Source: a virus. Taken from it: a DNA stretch of 64,000 nt. Every line of letters begins with the position of its first letter. Positions within the stretch are counted from its first letter, which is position 1. Below are positions 41,372 through 51,292 of this stretch, one piece after another. Location of the stretch: positions 12,030-76,029 of IMG/VR virus record IMGVR_UViG_3300034072_000373. One strand, written 5' to 3'. The position numbers and the translations under genes are program-made. Under the pieces are notes generated by a model. That model searched no databases. It was not told where the DNA came from and worked only from the letters and a program-made list of their open reading frames with translations.

Positions 41372-42667
41372 CTATCGGACAAGACCGCCATATTTTTCTG
41401 TCAGGGAGCCATGGAAGCATACACGCTTCCTTGCACGAGAGCAGGCCACATACAATGCACGGGCTGCTTCATCAGGCTTATTCATCTTGCTAAGGTTCGT
41501 AGCGTCGATGTAGACAGTCTGATAGGAGCTACCCTGAGACTTATGGAACGTGGAAGCATCACGTTGGCGAAGATCAGGATAACCTTCCTTTAGGCCAAAC
41601 AATGTTGTCCAATCCTTCTGACGACCAGCATATTTGATGAGGTCTTGGAAGTGGTTTCGATCCAATGGAGCTTTCATCACAGGATAGCGAACGCCATACA
41701 TGGATTCAAATTCCACAGGAACACAAGTCATCTGAGCGTCTCTGCCTACTTGAACAAGTTCCGTAGTATCTCCGACCCCAACAATAAGGACTTCCTGTTC
41801 GATAGATAGGCGGCCAGAGCTACCGATCTTGATTGCTGAGTTGGAGACGAGAGTTTCCCCAATGACGTAAGGCTGTGTATTTCCTCGTAGATCATGGATA
41901 TGGTCATTAAAATCGAGGACACGCTCATTGGTGTAGGCAAGAATTCTGGACTCATGCCTTGGGTCTTGGAAGTTGTTGGCAATTTCATCCTCGAACTCCT
42001 CATCACTGAGCCAGTCAATGATGCCGGGAACTATCTTAATCGGATTGAACACTAGCGATTCAACGCTGGTTCGAAGCTGATTGTTTAGTCCCATGAGGTG
42101 TGGACAGGTTGTCCGCATTGGTTGCTTCAGTTCTAGCATCCGTAGATTACGGCGATAGATTGGGCTGAGTGATTCCATAACTGGAGCCAACTGACAGTGA
42201 TCCCCGACATACACGATCTTACATTCGTGAGTCCCTTGCAGGATATACTTCAGAAGATCGGAGTCGATGTAGGAACATTCATCAATGAAGATGATGACGT
42301 TCTGATGCACACGCCAGTTACCAGATGGACGAACTGATGAACGACCAGTTGAATAGTCATTCTTCACCACCAGATTCAGGAATGAATAAATGGTGGAAGT
42401 TGGACGTTTTGTAGCTTCACCAAGCACAGCAGCAGCTTTGTTGGTGGTAGCTGTCATTTCAACATCTGTATATCTTGGCTCAATGTCCATGAGCTTACAG
42501 GTGCTGAGATATTGGGGGATGATGTTGTCGATGAGATAGCCCATTAGGACTGTCTTACCTACACCACCGGGACCAGAGATAATGATCTCTGGTTCATCAT
42601 CATTGAGCAGGAACTCAAAGAAGGCATCAGCAGCAGCTTGCTGATCGGAATTCAGGGTTACACTCAT
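41372..42667 (-). CDS. SF1 DNA helicase (Dda/RecD-like)
   Basis: GPGGVGKT, IDECS, GDHCQLAPV, TFHKSQGS, LYVACSRAR. Confidence 0.92.
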   Translation of the reverse strand: MSVTLNSDQQAAADAFFEFLLNDDEPEIIISGPGGVGKTVLMGYLIDNIIPQYLSTCKLMDIEPRYTDVEMTATTNKAAAVLGEATKRPTSTIYSFLNLVVKNDYSTGRSSVRPSGNWRVHQNVIIFIDECSYIDSDLLKYILQGTHECKIVYVGDHCQLAPVMESLSPIYRRNLRMLELKQPMRTTCPHLMGLNNQLRTSVESLVFNPIKIVPGIIDWLSDEEFEDEIANNFQDPRHESRILAYTNERVLDFNDHIHDLRGNTQPYVIGETLVSNSAIKIGSSGRLSIEQEVLIVGVGDTTELVQVGRDAQMTCVPVEFESMYGVRYPVMKAPLDRNHFQDLIKYAGRQKDWTTLFGLKEGYPDLRQRDASTFHKSQGSSYQTVYIDATNLSKMNKPDEAARALYVACSRARKRVCFHGSLTEKYGGLVR

Positions 42668-42681
42668 AGATACCTCTAGCG

Positions 42682-42713
42682 AAAAAATAAGCCCCCATTA
42701 CTGGAGGCTTATT
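42682..42713 (-). terminator. Rho-independent terminator
   Basis: AATAAGCCTCCA-GTAA-TGGGGGCTTATT-TTTT on the - strand. Confidence 0.8.
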
Positions 42714-42715
42714 GT

Positions 42716-43162
42716 TCAAATGAATGGGTAAAGCTGTGGGGGCTTGTAATTTGGCCCCTTCATGATTTTACCAACTTCATTCAGAATTGGTTCCCCATCG
42801 ACAAACTTGGACCAGTTAGAAGCATCGACTTCTTCCGTGGCACCTACAATGTCGGTTTGAACCATATGAGCACAACCAATGTTGGTCACAATCTGATCGC
42901 ATAGAGCGTCCAGATAGTTCAGACGATTAGGAATCGAGAAGACTCCTTCACTCTGATAGCAATAGTCTTTCAGACCCATCAGGGCCAGCTTGGCTTTTGC
43001 TAGGACAACTTCACCTTCTGGTGAGTTTGATTGGATTTCCTGAACCATTTCAAGAACTTCCTCAAAGTGAGCACCCAATTGGGTGTGGAAGTCCTTGTTT
43101 GATACAGGCTGCTTCTTTCCTTTCTGAAACCATGAAAGGATACTGGCAATAGTGTTGGTCAT
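42716..43162 (-). CDS. MazG-like NTP pyrophosphohydrolase
   Basis: HFEEVLE, LDALCDQIV, EVDASNWSKF, GKIMKGPNY. Confidence 0.85.
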   Translation of the reverse strand: MTNTIASILSWFQKGKKQPVSNKDFHTQLGAHFEEVLEMVQEIQSNSPEGEVVLAKAKLALMGLKDYCYQSEGVFSIPNRLNYLDALCDQIVTNIGCAHMVQTDIVGATEEVDASNWSKFVDGEPILNEVGKIMKGPNYKPPQLYPFI

Positions 43163-43485
43163 GAATGTCTCGTGTTATATGCCTCGACAATCAGGTTGGT
43201 CAGCCACTTTTTAATGTGGATAGTTTCTACCTGATCGGCAAGCCATTCTTGCTGATCTTCGGTTAATGTGAGGAATATATCCTCAAAGAACGAACGGCGG
43301 GTATCACATGGCTGGATACCAATATCGACCATTCGTGCTTTCACGGAGGTTTGATGGACGCCCAGAGCTTGTCCAATTGTCTTCAGAGATAGACCAACAT
43401 TATTCAGTTTGATTAGATCAGCATCTGTAAATTTACGAGATTTTCTTTCGGTCTTGGCTCTCTTACGAACGGTATTTGTGGTCAT
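43159..43485 (-). CDS. HTH DNA-binding protein
   Basis: LIKLNNVGLSLKTIGQALGVHQTSV HTH, DTRRSF motif; start MTTNT after GGAG. Confidence 0.7.
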   Translation of the reverse strand: MTTNTVRKRAKTERKSRKFTDADLIKLNNVGLSLKTIGQALGVHQTSVKARMVDIGIQPCDTRRSFFEDIFLTLTEDQQEWLADQVETIHIKKWLTNLIVEAYNTRHS

Positions 43486-43495
43486 GTCTAACTCC

Positions 43496-43527
43496 AAAGA
43501 AGACTCCCCCATTTCTGGGGGAGCCTT
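43496..43527 (-). terminator. Terminator-like hairpin after rIIB
   Basis: CTCCCCCA-GAAA-TGGGGGAG followed by TCTTCTTT on the - strand. Confidence 0.65.
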
Positions 43528-43531
43528 TCAT

Positions 43532-44971
43532 TTATGCTGGCTTGGAAGCCACAATGATTTCCTCTTCGGAAGGACTGAAGCCCAGCTTATGCCAGCCGAC
43601 CTTCTTTTCCTTCTTGAAGGCGTAGAGCTTCGCCCACTCTTCATTGTCGAACATTGCACGAGCAATGCCATTACGGCTCATGGATTTGGCCGCTGTCACT
43701 TCAGCAACAGCAGTCTTAACGTCCAGTGCCTGAGACTTATCAAGAGTCACGTTGTCCGTGTCCTTGACGATAGCAGCCGATTCCACCGTCTCTTCAGTGG
43801 TCTTTTCGATCACTTCCTGAGCGTTGGTTTCGGCATCCAGATCGGTGATAACCAGACCGCCGCCGTAGCCTTGGGTGATTTCCACCAACTGGACAGGTGC
43901 AGGATAGTTACCTGCCACTGCTGCTGCCAATGTCCGGGTGATGACATGATCGGCAGGGAACGAGACGTTGTTGGTCAGGTCAGTGTAGGTATCCTTGGGG
44001 ATTTCTGCAATGATCTGATAACCACAGACTCGAACCTTGTCTGGCTCACCATGGGGAACCGCAAGAATATCCTCTGGTCGAATGACACAGAGAACAATCA
44101 CATCATTGCCGTGGAAGAAGCCACGAATATACTTCTTCCGAGCAATGTGCAGGCCGTTGGAACAGCTTGCATTGCGATTCAGGTCAACAAGGCTATGAGC
44201 CATGAAGACCTTGGAACCGACCTTCTGGAAGACCTTGCCGGTGTGCTTATCAGCAAACCGACCGTCATTAAGGCGACGAAGCACCTTATATGCCAGAATG
44301 TCACCAGCATTGGTGAAGGGCAGATCGTTCTTCTGAACGAACGTCAGACAGTCCTGAACGGAATGCTTACGTGAATCAATCACTGCACTGAGTCGTGCAA
44401 TGAAATTGTTCAGCCCTTCTGGGTTATCGGTCTTGGCAGCATGAGCCACATGATCCTTCAGCTTTTCCATTTCTGGAACGACCTTATCACCCACAACAGC
44501 AATGATGGTTTCATCGCTATTGATCTTGGATGAAGTTGCAGGAGTTGCGTGCTTCATGATGTCTGCCACAGCATTGTCGATCTTGTCCGACTTTGCCTTG
44601 TCAGCCGTCACTGGAACGGTGACAACTTGTTCCACCTTCTTAGGAGGAACTTGACCGACTCGACCCTTTGGAGTCTCATCGTCTCCACCGAAGATAGCCT
44701 TGACGGCACTCTTCAGAACGCGGAAGAACTTGACCATGCCCTTGCCTTCAGTCTTTTCAGCATAGGTAGCGAATGGATCAGAATCCTCCCGGATTTCAAT
44801 ATCGGCATAGCCGTTATTGATGATGGGGTCTTTGCACTGAGCATAGACACCCTTCAAACGCTCATCCCCTTGGAGGATGACCATCTCTTCGATTGTTTCA
44901 CTGCCTTCCTTGGCGTAAAACAACTGGAGCCTCGTTGTGTTGAGGTCCAACGCATATACACGGATTTTCAT
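43532..44971 (-). CDS. rIIB: rIIB-like protein
   Basis: GDILAYK, CSNGLH, PEDILAVP..DKVRVCGY. Confidence 0.85.
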   Translation of the reverse strand: MKIRVYALDLNTTRLQLFYAKEGSETIEEMVILQGDERLKGVYAQCKDPIINNGYADIEIREDSDPFATYAEKTEGKGMVKFFRVLKSAVKAIFGGDDETPKGRVGQVPPKKVEQVVTVPVTADKAKSDKIDNAVADIMKHATPATSSKINSDETIIAVVGDKVVPEMEKLKDHVAHAAKTDNPEGLNNFIARLSAVIDSRKHSVQDCLTFVQKNDLPFTNAGDILAYKVLRRLNDGRFADKHTGKVFQKVGSKVFMAHSLVDLNRNASCSNGLHIARKKYIRGFFHGNDVIVLCVIRPEDILAVPHGEPDKVRVCGYQIIAEIPKDTYTDLTNNVSFPADHVITRTLAAAVAGNYPAPVQLVEITQGYGGGLVITDLDAETNAQEVIEKTTEETVESAAIVKDTDNVTLDKSQALDVKTAVAEVTAAKSMSRNGIARAMFDNEEWAKLYAFKKEKKVGWHKLGFSPSEEEIIVASKPA

Positions 44972-44974
44972 GGG

Positions 44975-47494
44975 TTAAATACTTTCGATGAAAGTGGTGA
45001 TGAGTTTCACACCCTGTGGTGCTAAGTCACCGGAGAAAATATCCTGATAGCCGTATTCGTCTATCTTATTGAGGACTTCATGCTTCCTAAAAGCCTGCAT
45101 GAATGCGATCATACGTTCGCAAGGTTTGATCTTGGCGAACTTAGCTTCGACAGCTTGAATCTCATCGACATACTCTTTCGAGTAGCGATGAATGTGCTGC
45201 TTCTTCATATATTTCCAAAGCTCGTAGTAGACTACATCTAGTTCGTTCTTTGGAGTATGAAGACGATACTTCTTCTGGATATCTTCATGTTGCAGCATAG
45301 GCAGAACCATGTCTGCTACATTTTCAGCAACATAGCCGGTTACACCCAGACTAACTGGCACCATTGGATGGTGTGGGTGGGTGGCATGAACAGCACAGAT
45401 AGTCTTGCTGTTCAGGATGTGATCGAACATCTTCTTAGCAAGATAGCTGTTCAAGTTCATGGCTCCCTTTTGCATGTATTTGTCACGCTGAGTCGTAGTC
45501 ACAGCGATACCGATTACATCACCAAACTCCTTGATGACGAAATCATGCAGCTTTGTGGGCATACGAATCATATCATCACACTGACCATCACCCTTACGGA
45601 TGAGAGTCACTGCTTCAGGCTTGGAAACTCGATTAGCTGTTTGAACAGCAATAATCGTTTCATATTGTGCCCTTGGCAGATATGCCTTCATTGAAGTCAG
45701 CGTTGGAATGCCGATCTTCTTTGGGACAGCCTTGGTTGGATCACCAGCAGCTACAACAGGACGTTCTACTTCGCGGCAGTTGTCGATGACCTGATAGCCC
45801 AAGTCCTTGAAGAACTGAACAATCTCATCCTTCTTCTTCGTATTCCGAGGAATGACGTAGGTAAGGAAGTCACCTGACTGATGATGCTTCTTCAGTTCTG
45901 GCTCATAGATGGCGTCAGTGATGTCGCTGGTATTGTGACCAATGACGATGAACCTCCGAAGGAAGTTCAACTGAGCATCAATGTTGAATGAAGTATAATA
46001 CTTCAGTTCCACCAGACCAGAACGGTGACGACTCCGCCAACCATTCTTCTCAAGCTCATAGATAGTATGAGCATAGACCTTCAGATGCTTCAGGTTCACC
46101 TTGGGGTTTGCCTGAGCAGCCTTTATGATAGGCCAGAAGTGGTGACGAACGATCCAGTTATTGTGTGAATATATCTGGTTGTAGCCATGATAATAAACAC
46201 GAGAGGTGTTGTTATCCGTGGTGGTAAGCTGATTACGGAAAGCCGTAGCCAACTTACGATCCAAGAGCTTACCCCGAATGGCTCGATTGATTCGCCACTT
46301 ATATTCTTTCAGAATAATGTTGGGGTAAAAGGATTCGCTGAGACTGCCCAACAACATTGCACGATTCAAGGTATAGTTATCCTCGATTCGTTCACGGTTG
46401 GTGAAGGCATCATCATTCCGCATACGGGCAATATGACCCGGCGTCATTGCCAAGATGGCAATGGGATTCATGTGAGCGAACACTTCCTTATGAAGCTCAG
46501 TAATCACTGGAGCAGCGAATTCAGGCTTCAGCTTGGAATAGAAGTTCTCACAGAAATCCTTCAGAATCTTATTGACCGTATTAACAGTCAATTCTGACAT
46601 GCTCAGACCTTCACGGGAAGGCATGATAGACAGTGAATCTGGTTCAGCCATAACCACAAGGCGATATGCCCGTGAGCCATAACGATTGCCCTGTGCAGGA
46701 ATGTCACGGACAAAACGAACTGCCTTTTGAAGCATTTCGTTTGTCGATTCGTGAGATTCCAGAGGATACACCACATTGCCATAACGAACAAAGATTGTGT
46801 TATTAGCATTGTCAATCGACAGTGGCTCAGTGGTGATGAAGAATCCATGCTTCGATTGGCTAAGTGGCAGAGTCGGGAGCAGTTCATCATTCAGGGTAGC
46901 TGAGATTTCACCATTGAAGACTACCGAACGGATAGCAGCCATGATGTATGATTCATCATGTGGCTTGATTTCGATCTTCACTTCCAGACCTGATTCATCC
47001 CCACATGGCATGGAAATGATAGGCAGCATTGAAGGCTTACCATTGACCTCAGCAGAGGACTTGGAAGCCTTGTAGATCGTCTTGGTTCCTTCGTGGTATG
47101 ACGACACCTGAAAACTATCTACATAGGCCCATGGGCTTTTACAGCCCAATCCGAAGCCGCCTGTGACACCAGAGTCATTGGTCTTGGTGGAACCACCATA
47201 GACGCAATAAATCTTCTGAATCTTGTCAGGGTGAATACCCTTACCAAAGTCACGGATAATGAGAACATTATCCCGAAGAGTGATTGAACCGGGGGTATCC
47301 GTCTTACCTGCATCAATATGGGCATCCCACATATTACAGATAGTTTCACGGATCATTGCCAGACGAGGATTGCTGTAGAGGGCAGTGGACAGGATGTGAG
47401 CCAAGTGGGCTGAATCATCGAACGAGAAGTCCATAGCCTTATTCTTCGATACCGTAACATGGGTTACGTGATCGGCAGACTGAGATACTTGCAT
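44975..47494 (-). CDS. rIIA: rIIA-like protein (N-terminal GHKL ATPase)
   Basis: LYSN..AMIRETICNMWDAH, IRDFGKGI, GGFGLGCKSPWAY; upstream of rIIB. Confidence 0.88.
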   Translation of the reverse strand: MQVSQSADHVTHVTVSKNKAMDFSFDDSAHLAHILSTALYSNPRLAMIRETICNMWDAHIDAGKTDTPGSITLRDNVLIIRDFGKGIHPDKIQKIYCVYGGSTKTNDSGVTGGFGLGCKSPWAYVDSFQVSSYHEGTKTIYKASKSSAEVNGKPSMLPIISMPCGDESGLEVKIEIKPHDESYIMAAIRSVVFNGEISATLNDELLPTLPLSQSKHGFFITTEPLSIDNANNTIFVRYGNVVYPLESHESTNEMLQKAVRFVRDIPAQGNRYGSRAYRLVVMAEPDSLSIMPSREGLSMSELTVNTVNKILKDFCENFYSKLKPEFAAPVITELHKEVFAHMNPIAILAMTPGHIARMRNDDAFTNRERIEDNYTLNRAMLLGSLSESFYPNIILKEYKWRINRAIRGKLLDRKLATAFRNQLTTTDNNTSRVYYHGYNQIYSHNNWIVRHHFWPIIKAAQANPKVNLKHLKVYAHTIYELEKNGWRSRHRSGLVELKYYTSFNIDAQLNFLRRFIVIGHNTSDITDAIYEPELKKHHQSGDFLTYVIPRNTKKKDEIVQFFKDLGYQVIDNCREVERPVVAAGDPTKAVPKKIGIPTLTSMKAYLPRAQYETIIAVQTANRVSKPEAVTLIRKGDGQCDDMIRMPTKLHDFVIKEFGDVIGIAVTTTQRDKYMQKGAMNLNSYLAKKMFDHILNSKTICAVHATHPHHPMVPVSLGVTGYVAENVADMVLPMLQHEDIQKKYRLHTPKNELDVVYYELWKYMKKQHIHRYSKEYVDEIQAVEAKFAKIKPCERMIAFMQAFRKHEVLNKIDEYGYQDIFSGDLAPQGVKLITTFIESI

Positions 47495-47503
47495 TGTCTT
47501 TCC

Positions 47504-47857
47504 TTAGCAGGAGCAACTGAAGAAGTGACGATGAGTTGATTCATCATCCACATCCTTATCGAGCAGGACGTTCATGGCTCGGAAGAAGCCCTGATCTACG
47601 CCCACACCTTCAAAGGCACCGCCACGAGTGATGTAGTCACCACCCCAACGTGTATTAGGGTCCATATGGCTCAGGTGAGTGTCGATGAGTTCATCGGAAG
47701 TTACGGGATGGTTCCCATATTCTTCGTCCTCACACATGTCGGACAGGTTCTTGGCATAACCCTCAATCCACTTGAGGGCTTCAGCCTTGGAATCACCCAG
47801 CAGAAGTCGAGCAGTATGCTCTTCCTCTGGGTATCCAGCGATAGGATGGTAGCTCAT
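47504..47857 (-). CDS. Hypothetical protein
   Basis: ORF ending FFSCSC, ATGA-coupled. Confidence 0.65.
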   Translation of the reverse strand: MSYHPIAGYPEEEHTARLLLGDSKAEALKWIEGYAKNLSDMCEDEEYGNHPVTSDELIDTHLSHMDPNTRWGGDYITRGGAFEGVGVDQGFFRAMNVLLDKDVDDESTHRHFFSCSC

Positions 47858-48189
47858 TCAGCCTCCGGGAAATCTGGATGGGACCAGACATGGCGAAGTG
47901 AAGTGATACGGCGTGGATAAACCACCAGCCAGAATTCTTCACCACGGGGAACACCGCTCTTTGGTAGGAACGGATCAACGATGCCGACATAAGCAGGGCT
48001 ACCCCTGAGTCGAGTATGGAAAGCCTGACCACTTTCAGCGATATAAATATCCTGTCCGGGTTTCAGGTCTTCACCGGCTGTGATTGGCTCTACTGCCAAA
48101 TGAATTGCGTCACGATATTCCTTACGGAAATGGACCATGCCCAATGTTTCAAGGGCGTCAGTTGACACTGACCGATTATCACCGCTCAT
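47854..48189 (-). CDS. Hypothetical protein (RDAIH..GIVDPFL..TSLRHVWSHPDF family)
   Basis: AAGGA RBS; start MSGDN. Confidence 0.7.
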   Translation of the reverse strand: MSGDNRSVSTDALETLGMVHFRKEYRDAIHLAVEPITAGEDLKPGQDIYIAESGQAFHTRLRGSPAYVGIVDPFLPKSGVPRGEEFWLVVYPRRITSLRHVWSHPDFPEAE

Positions 48190-48323
48190 TTCTTTTTCCT
48201 TTAATTTAGAGTTTTTTATCTGTGCTGGACTATCCAATTCTGACCAGCAGATCGGACCAGTGTTTCATAGTTTCGGCTGGACCCCGTGAGTCAACGGCAC
48301 GTTTAGAGAGTGTGACTCTATAG

Positions 48324-48400
48324 TGGCGCTCCCTGAAGGACTCGAACCCTCAACCAACCGACTAGAACTCGGTTGCTCTATCCATTTGAGCTAAGGGAGC
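48324..48400 (-). tRNA. tRNA-Arg(UCU)
   Basis: GCTCCCT/AGGGAGC acceptor + G + CCA; D arm GCTC/GAGC with A20; anticodon stem ACCGA/TCGGT, loop GT-TCT-AG; T arm GAGGG-TTCGAGT-CCTTC. Confidence 0.92.
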
Positions 48401-48407
48401 GTAACAC

Positions 48408-48629
48408 TTATTCATCCACTACAGGAGGTGTAGGGATGAACATGAACTTTTCGAGGAACTCAGGAACAGCCCGGTAAAATACCAGACCGTTATTGGGTTC
48501 AGTGGTGTAACGAACAGTGGGGAACCACTCATCGTTATACTGGCTCAGATTCTTTTCCAGAACCGAGTTAACCCGATATACCTTGCCCTTGTAGGTCCAG
48601 ATACTATCAGGAGGGATTAACTGTGACAT
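48408..48629 (-). CDS. DUF1653-like small protein
   Basis: WTYKGKVYRV...VRY...FYRAVPEFLEKF pattern. Confidence 0.55.
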   Translation of the reverse strand: MSQLIPPDSIWTYKGKVYRVNSVLEKNLSQYNDEWFPTVRYTTEPNNGLVFYRAVPEFLEKFMFIPTPPVVDE

Positions 48630-48861
48630 CTGCCGATTCCAGTTCTTCGAGCGTAATTCTGATAGCAGAGCCATCAGCGAATTTAACATCCCGTTCAACA
48701 CGTTTGGTTCCTGATTCCATAACCAGATCAGCACATAGTGCTAGATAAACATGTTGTGTGATGTTGGCGACACGTTTGATTGGCTGACGGTATTTTTCTT
48801 CCGTCAGCCAGAGATCACCCGTTTCTGTGTCCATACGGACAGACAGCTTGTTTGGGTTCAT
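48607..48861 (-). CDS. Hypothetical protein
   Basis: ATGA overlap with thyX. Confidence 0.6.
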   Translation of the reverse strand: MNPNKLSVRMDTETGDLWLTEEKYRQPIKRVANITQHVYLALCADLVMESGTKRVERDVKFADGSAIRITLEELESADVTVNPS

Positions 48862-49736
48862 AGTCCAAGAATCTTTCGATGCTGGATAAACCCAACAAAA
48901 TTACCCCATTTGGAAGTATCATCAGAATTGAGGACACCCTTTGGATCAGGGGTAGCCTGATGCTCACAAGGTGAAGCATGAGCAGGCTTTGCCACGATCA
49001 GCTTAGCATACAGCTTGATATCGTCACTGATGGTGGTGGGCTTACCTTCATGAGTAAAGTAAGACACACGAGCACATCGAGCCACGGAAACCTGAAGCAG
49101 TAGAAGCTGCACTTCAGTCTTGGAGACTGGATAGTTTTCATGGTGACATGCCTTAATGTAGTCATGGGCAGCCAGTTCATCCTCAGCGGTGACATATGGT
49201 AGATGCCATTCACCAACCTTCAGATACTTTGGCTTGGATGCTTCCATGGCTGCTTTCATCTGAATAGCAAGCTCATGAATCTCAGGCTGTGCATCTTTAT
49301 GAGCACGAAGCTCAAAGAAGTTATCCCATTCGGTCGAGGTAACGACCACACGGATATGTGCCCATGGTTCCAGAATACGATTGGCAATCTGCTTATGCAG
49401 ACCATGCTTAATCATATTCTCAGCAACCAGAATGTTTAGGTTCATAGCTTGGAGCCAATGAGCCTTAACACTTTCCAGTGCATCGCCTTCCAATTCAGGA
49501 CCAGCCTGCATACCGGGTTGATGACTGCCCCAATAGATTGGCCATGCTGGTTCACGCTTCAGATCAGCGATCATACGAGCAATGGGAATTGCACGACTGG
49601 ATGAGGCATTACGACTCATACAACGATGAGTCATAAATTCAGAGTGGATGAACCGTGGATACAGCAGTTCCATGGTTGTGATTCGCTTACCGTCTGGGGA
49701 GACGGAATCAGCGATAATCTTTGCAGAAATCGTCAT
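48858..49736 (-). CDS. thyX: FAD-dependent thymidylate synthase
   Basis: IHSEFMTHR.MSRNASSSRA, HKQIANRILEP, NFFELR...AQPEI, HASPCEH. Confidence 0.88.
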   Translation of the reverse strand: MTISAKIIADSVSPDGKRITTMELLYPRFIHSEFMTHRCMSRNASSSRAIPIARMIADLKREPAWPIYWGSHQPGMQAGPELEGDALESVKAHWLQAMNLNILVAENMIKHGLHKQIANRILEPWAHIRVVVTSTEWDNFFELRAHKDAQPEIHELAIQMKAAMEASKPKYLKVGEWHLPYVTAEDELAAHDYIKACHHENYPVSKTEVQLLLLQVSVARCARVSYFTHEGKPTTISDDIKLYAKLIVAKPAHASPCEHQATPDPKGVLNSDDTSKWGNFVGFIQHRKILGL

Positions 49737-50233
49737 TTACGGTTCCTTCGGAGATAGTTTGTGTAGGCTTCCACCTTTGCAAGTTCTGGATGATTATGAA
49801 TCCAGACACCTGTTGATGGATCGAATTCTTTTCTGAAGAAGTCATCCAGATCAGGACGACTGGTGGGAATTGAAACATCCACCATTTTACATGCTTCATC
49901 GAATTCACCATCAGAACACAATGGTTCCTCATTTGGTTGTAATTCGTAAGCAAATGCTGCCGCTGACAGCATGATACGGAGCTTAGTCTGTATCTCTGAG
50001 GGGTTTCCCCACGAAGCCATATCAATATAGCTCCCGAATAATTGAATCATTCGCTTACGGTGTAGATACCGTGTGATTTGATAATCCCACTCACCGGACC
50101 ATGCGAATTCTGCCGTGTCTCTTGCTTCTGGAGATTCCATGGCTCGAATGTTGCATAGAGTTCGCCTTAACGATCCCATTTTCCAGTTATGGTCACGAGC
50201 AAGAATCTCTAAGGGAGTCTGCGTTCTAGCCAT
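49733..50233 (-). CDS. Hypothetical protein, C-terminal half resembling the NAD-ligase Ia-like helical domain
   Basis: AFAYE....PLCSDGEFD motif. Confidence 0.5.
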   Translation of the reverse strand: MARTQTPLEILARDHNWKMGSLRRTLCNIRAMESPEARDTAEFAWSGEWDYQITRYLHRKRMIQLFGSYIDMASWGNPSEIQTKLRIMLSAAAFAYELQPNEEPLCSDGEFDEACKMVDVSIPTSRPDLDDFFRKEFDPSTGVWIHNHPELAKVEAYTNYLRRNRK

Positions 50234-50249
50234 GGATCACCTAACAAAT

Positions 50250-50283
50250 AAAAAAAGGGAGCGGATTTCTCCACTCCCTTTTC
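50250..50283 (-). terminator. Rho-independent terminator
   Basis: AAGGGAGTGGA-GAAA-TCCGCTCCCTT plus T run on the - strand. Confidence 0.85.
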
Positions 50284-50302
50284 TTGTTGCTCTAAACAGA
50301 GT

Positions 50303-50686
50303 TTAGATCAGAGTCAGGTGCTCCGCAGCACGTTCGAGCAGGAAATCCTGTTCATCGGCATCCAGAAATTCCCAACGGACACCGTGGGAATGGAATGCCA
50401 GTGCCTTGGCGTAACCCTGAATCTCACCCTGAAGGAAGCAGCCACATGGGCCTTCTTCTTCTTCAGGAGCTTCTTCGACTTCGGCTGGATATTCACCAGC
50501 CTGATCGACAGGAGCGGTAGCATATGCCGAATCAGTGTCAGGACCGCTGCCGATGATAGCAGCACCAAGCCCACCAAGGGCAGCATCACCGAACAGTTCC
50601 GAGATTGGAATGTGTCGCACGGTGATATTCTGATCGGCTGCAAGTTCGTTCAGCAGGGCTGCAATGAAATCTTCAGGCTTTTGCAT
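50303..50686 (-). CDS. Acidic hypothetical protein
   Basis: Start reassigned to MQKPEDF; the upstream extension overlaps another gene. Confidence 0.6.
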   Translation of the reverse strand: MQKPEDFIAALLNELAADQNITVRHIPISELFGDAALGGLGAAIIGSGPDTDSAYATAPVDQAGEYPAEVEEAPEEEEGPCGCFLQGEIQGYAKALAFHSHGVRWEFLDADEQDFLLERAAEHLTLI

Positions 50687-50723
50687 TTGAGTTCTCTCTG
50701 TTTGAGTTCCGAAGGACTGGGGA

Positions 50724-50921
50724 TCAGTCTTCGGTCTGTGCTTCGCCAGCCTTTGCGATGGCTGAACGGACGGCACGATTGGTTTCCGCCACTTCGACCG
50801 CACCACCATTGGTGAGGTTGATACGGCTGCCACCGGCTTCAGTTGGGATGAAACCGACGATCTTGTCAACAGCCAGATTGACTTCTGCGCCGTTGTTCTT
50901 GAGACGAATGAATGCTGACAT
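50724..50921 (-). CDS. Small FlbD-like protein
   Basis: FIRL...VNL..DKIV......SRINLTNG..VEVAET pattern. Confidence 0.5.
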   Translation of the reverse strand: MSAFIRLKNNGAEVNLAVDKIVGFIPTEAGGSRINLTNGGAVEVAETNRAVRSAIAKAGEAQTED

Positions 50922-50968
50922 TGTTTGCACTTTCTATCAAAGGGTATGAAACACCCGAAAAACAAACG

Positions 50969-51292
50969 CTAGACGAAAATGAATTTCCGCCTGTCGTTAT
51001 CACCGATGAGGTTATGCAATTCATTTGCTTCCCTCAATCGTTGTTTGGCATCGTCACCATGAGCTTTATTCAAGTTCGTGATGACAACACCTAGCGCACT
51101 CTGAATCAGATTACGCTGGGAAACAGTGAGAACAACCGGGGTTGGACCTTCACTTGCTCCCACATGGTTCAATTCAAAGCAGGCTTCACAGGCATCCGCA
51201 AAGGGAGGCGCTGGATAGACCTTCTTCTTATCGAAACCGATTTCGGCTCCACACCTGTCACAGTAGTGGACCACCACATTCTTTGCAGCCAT
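50969..51292 (-). CDS. Zinc-finger hypothetical protein
   Basis: CDRC...CEAC. Confidence 0.65.
   Translation of the reverse strand: MAAKNVVVHYCDRCGAEIGFDKKKVYPAPPFADACEACFELNHVGASEGPTPVVLTVSQRNLIQSALGVVITNLNKAHGDDAKQRLREANELHNLIGDNDRRKFIFV

Noticed and set aside
43409-44374. 321-aa + strand ORF
   Set aside because: It is the antisense shadow of rIIB, with no RBS or recognisable motifs.
48355-48375. CTA in the tRNA loop suggesting an amber suppressor or genetic-code reassignment
   Set aside because: The ACCGA/TCGGT stem centres TCT, not CTA; A20 supports Arg; TAG terminates genes normally (e.g. DNA polymerase).
50687-50965. N-terminal extension of the 220-aa ORF, or a frameshift fusion with the FlbD-like gene
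   Set aside because: The extension overlaps a better gene in another frame, is not protein-like, and no slippery heptamer was found.
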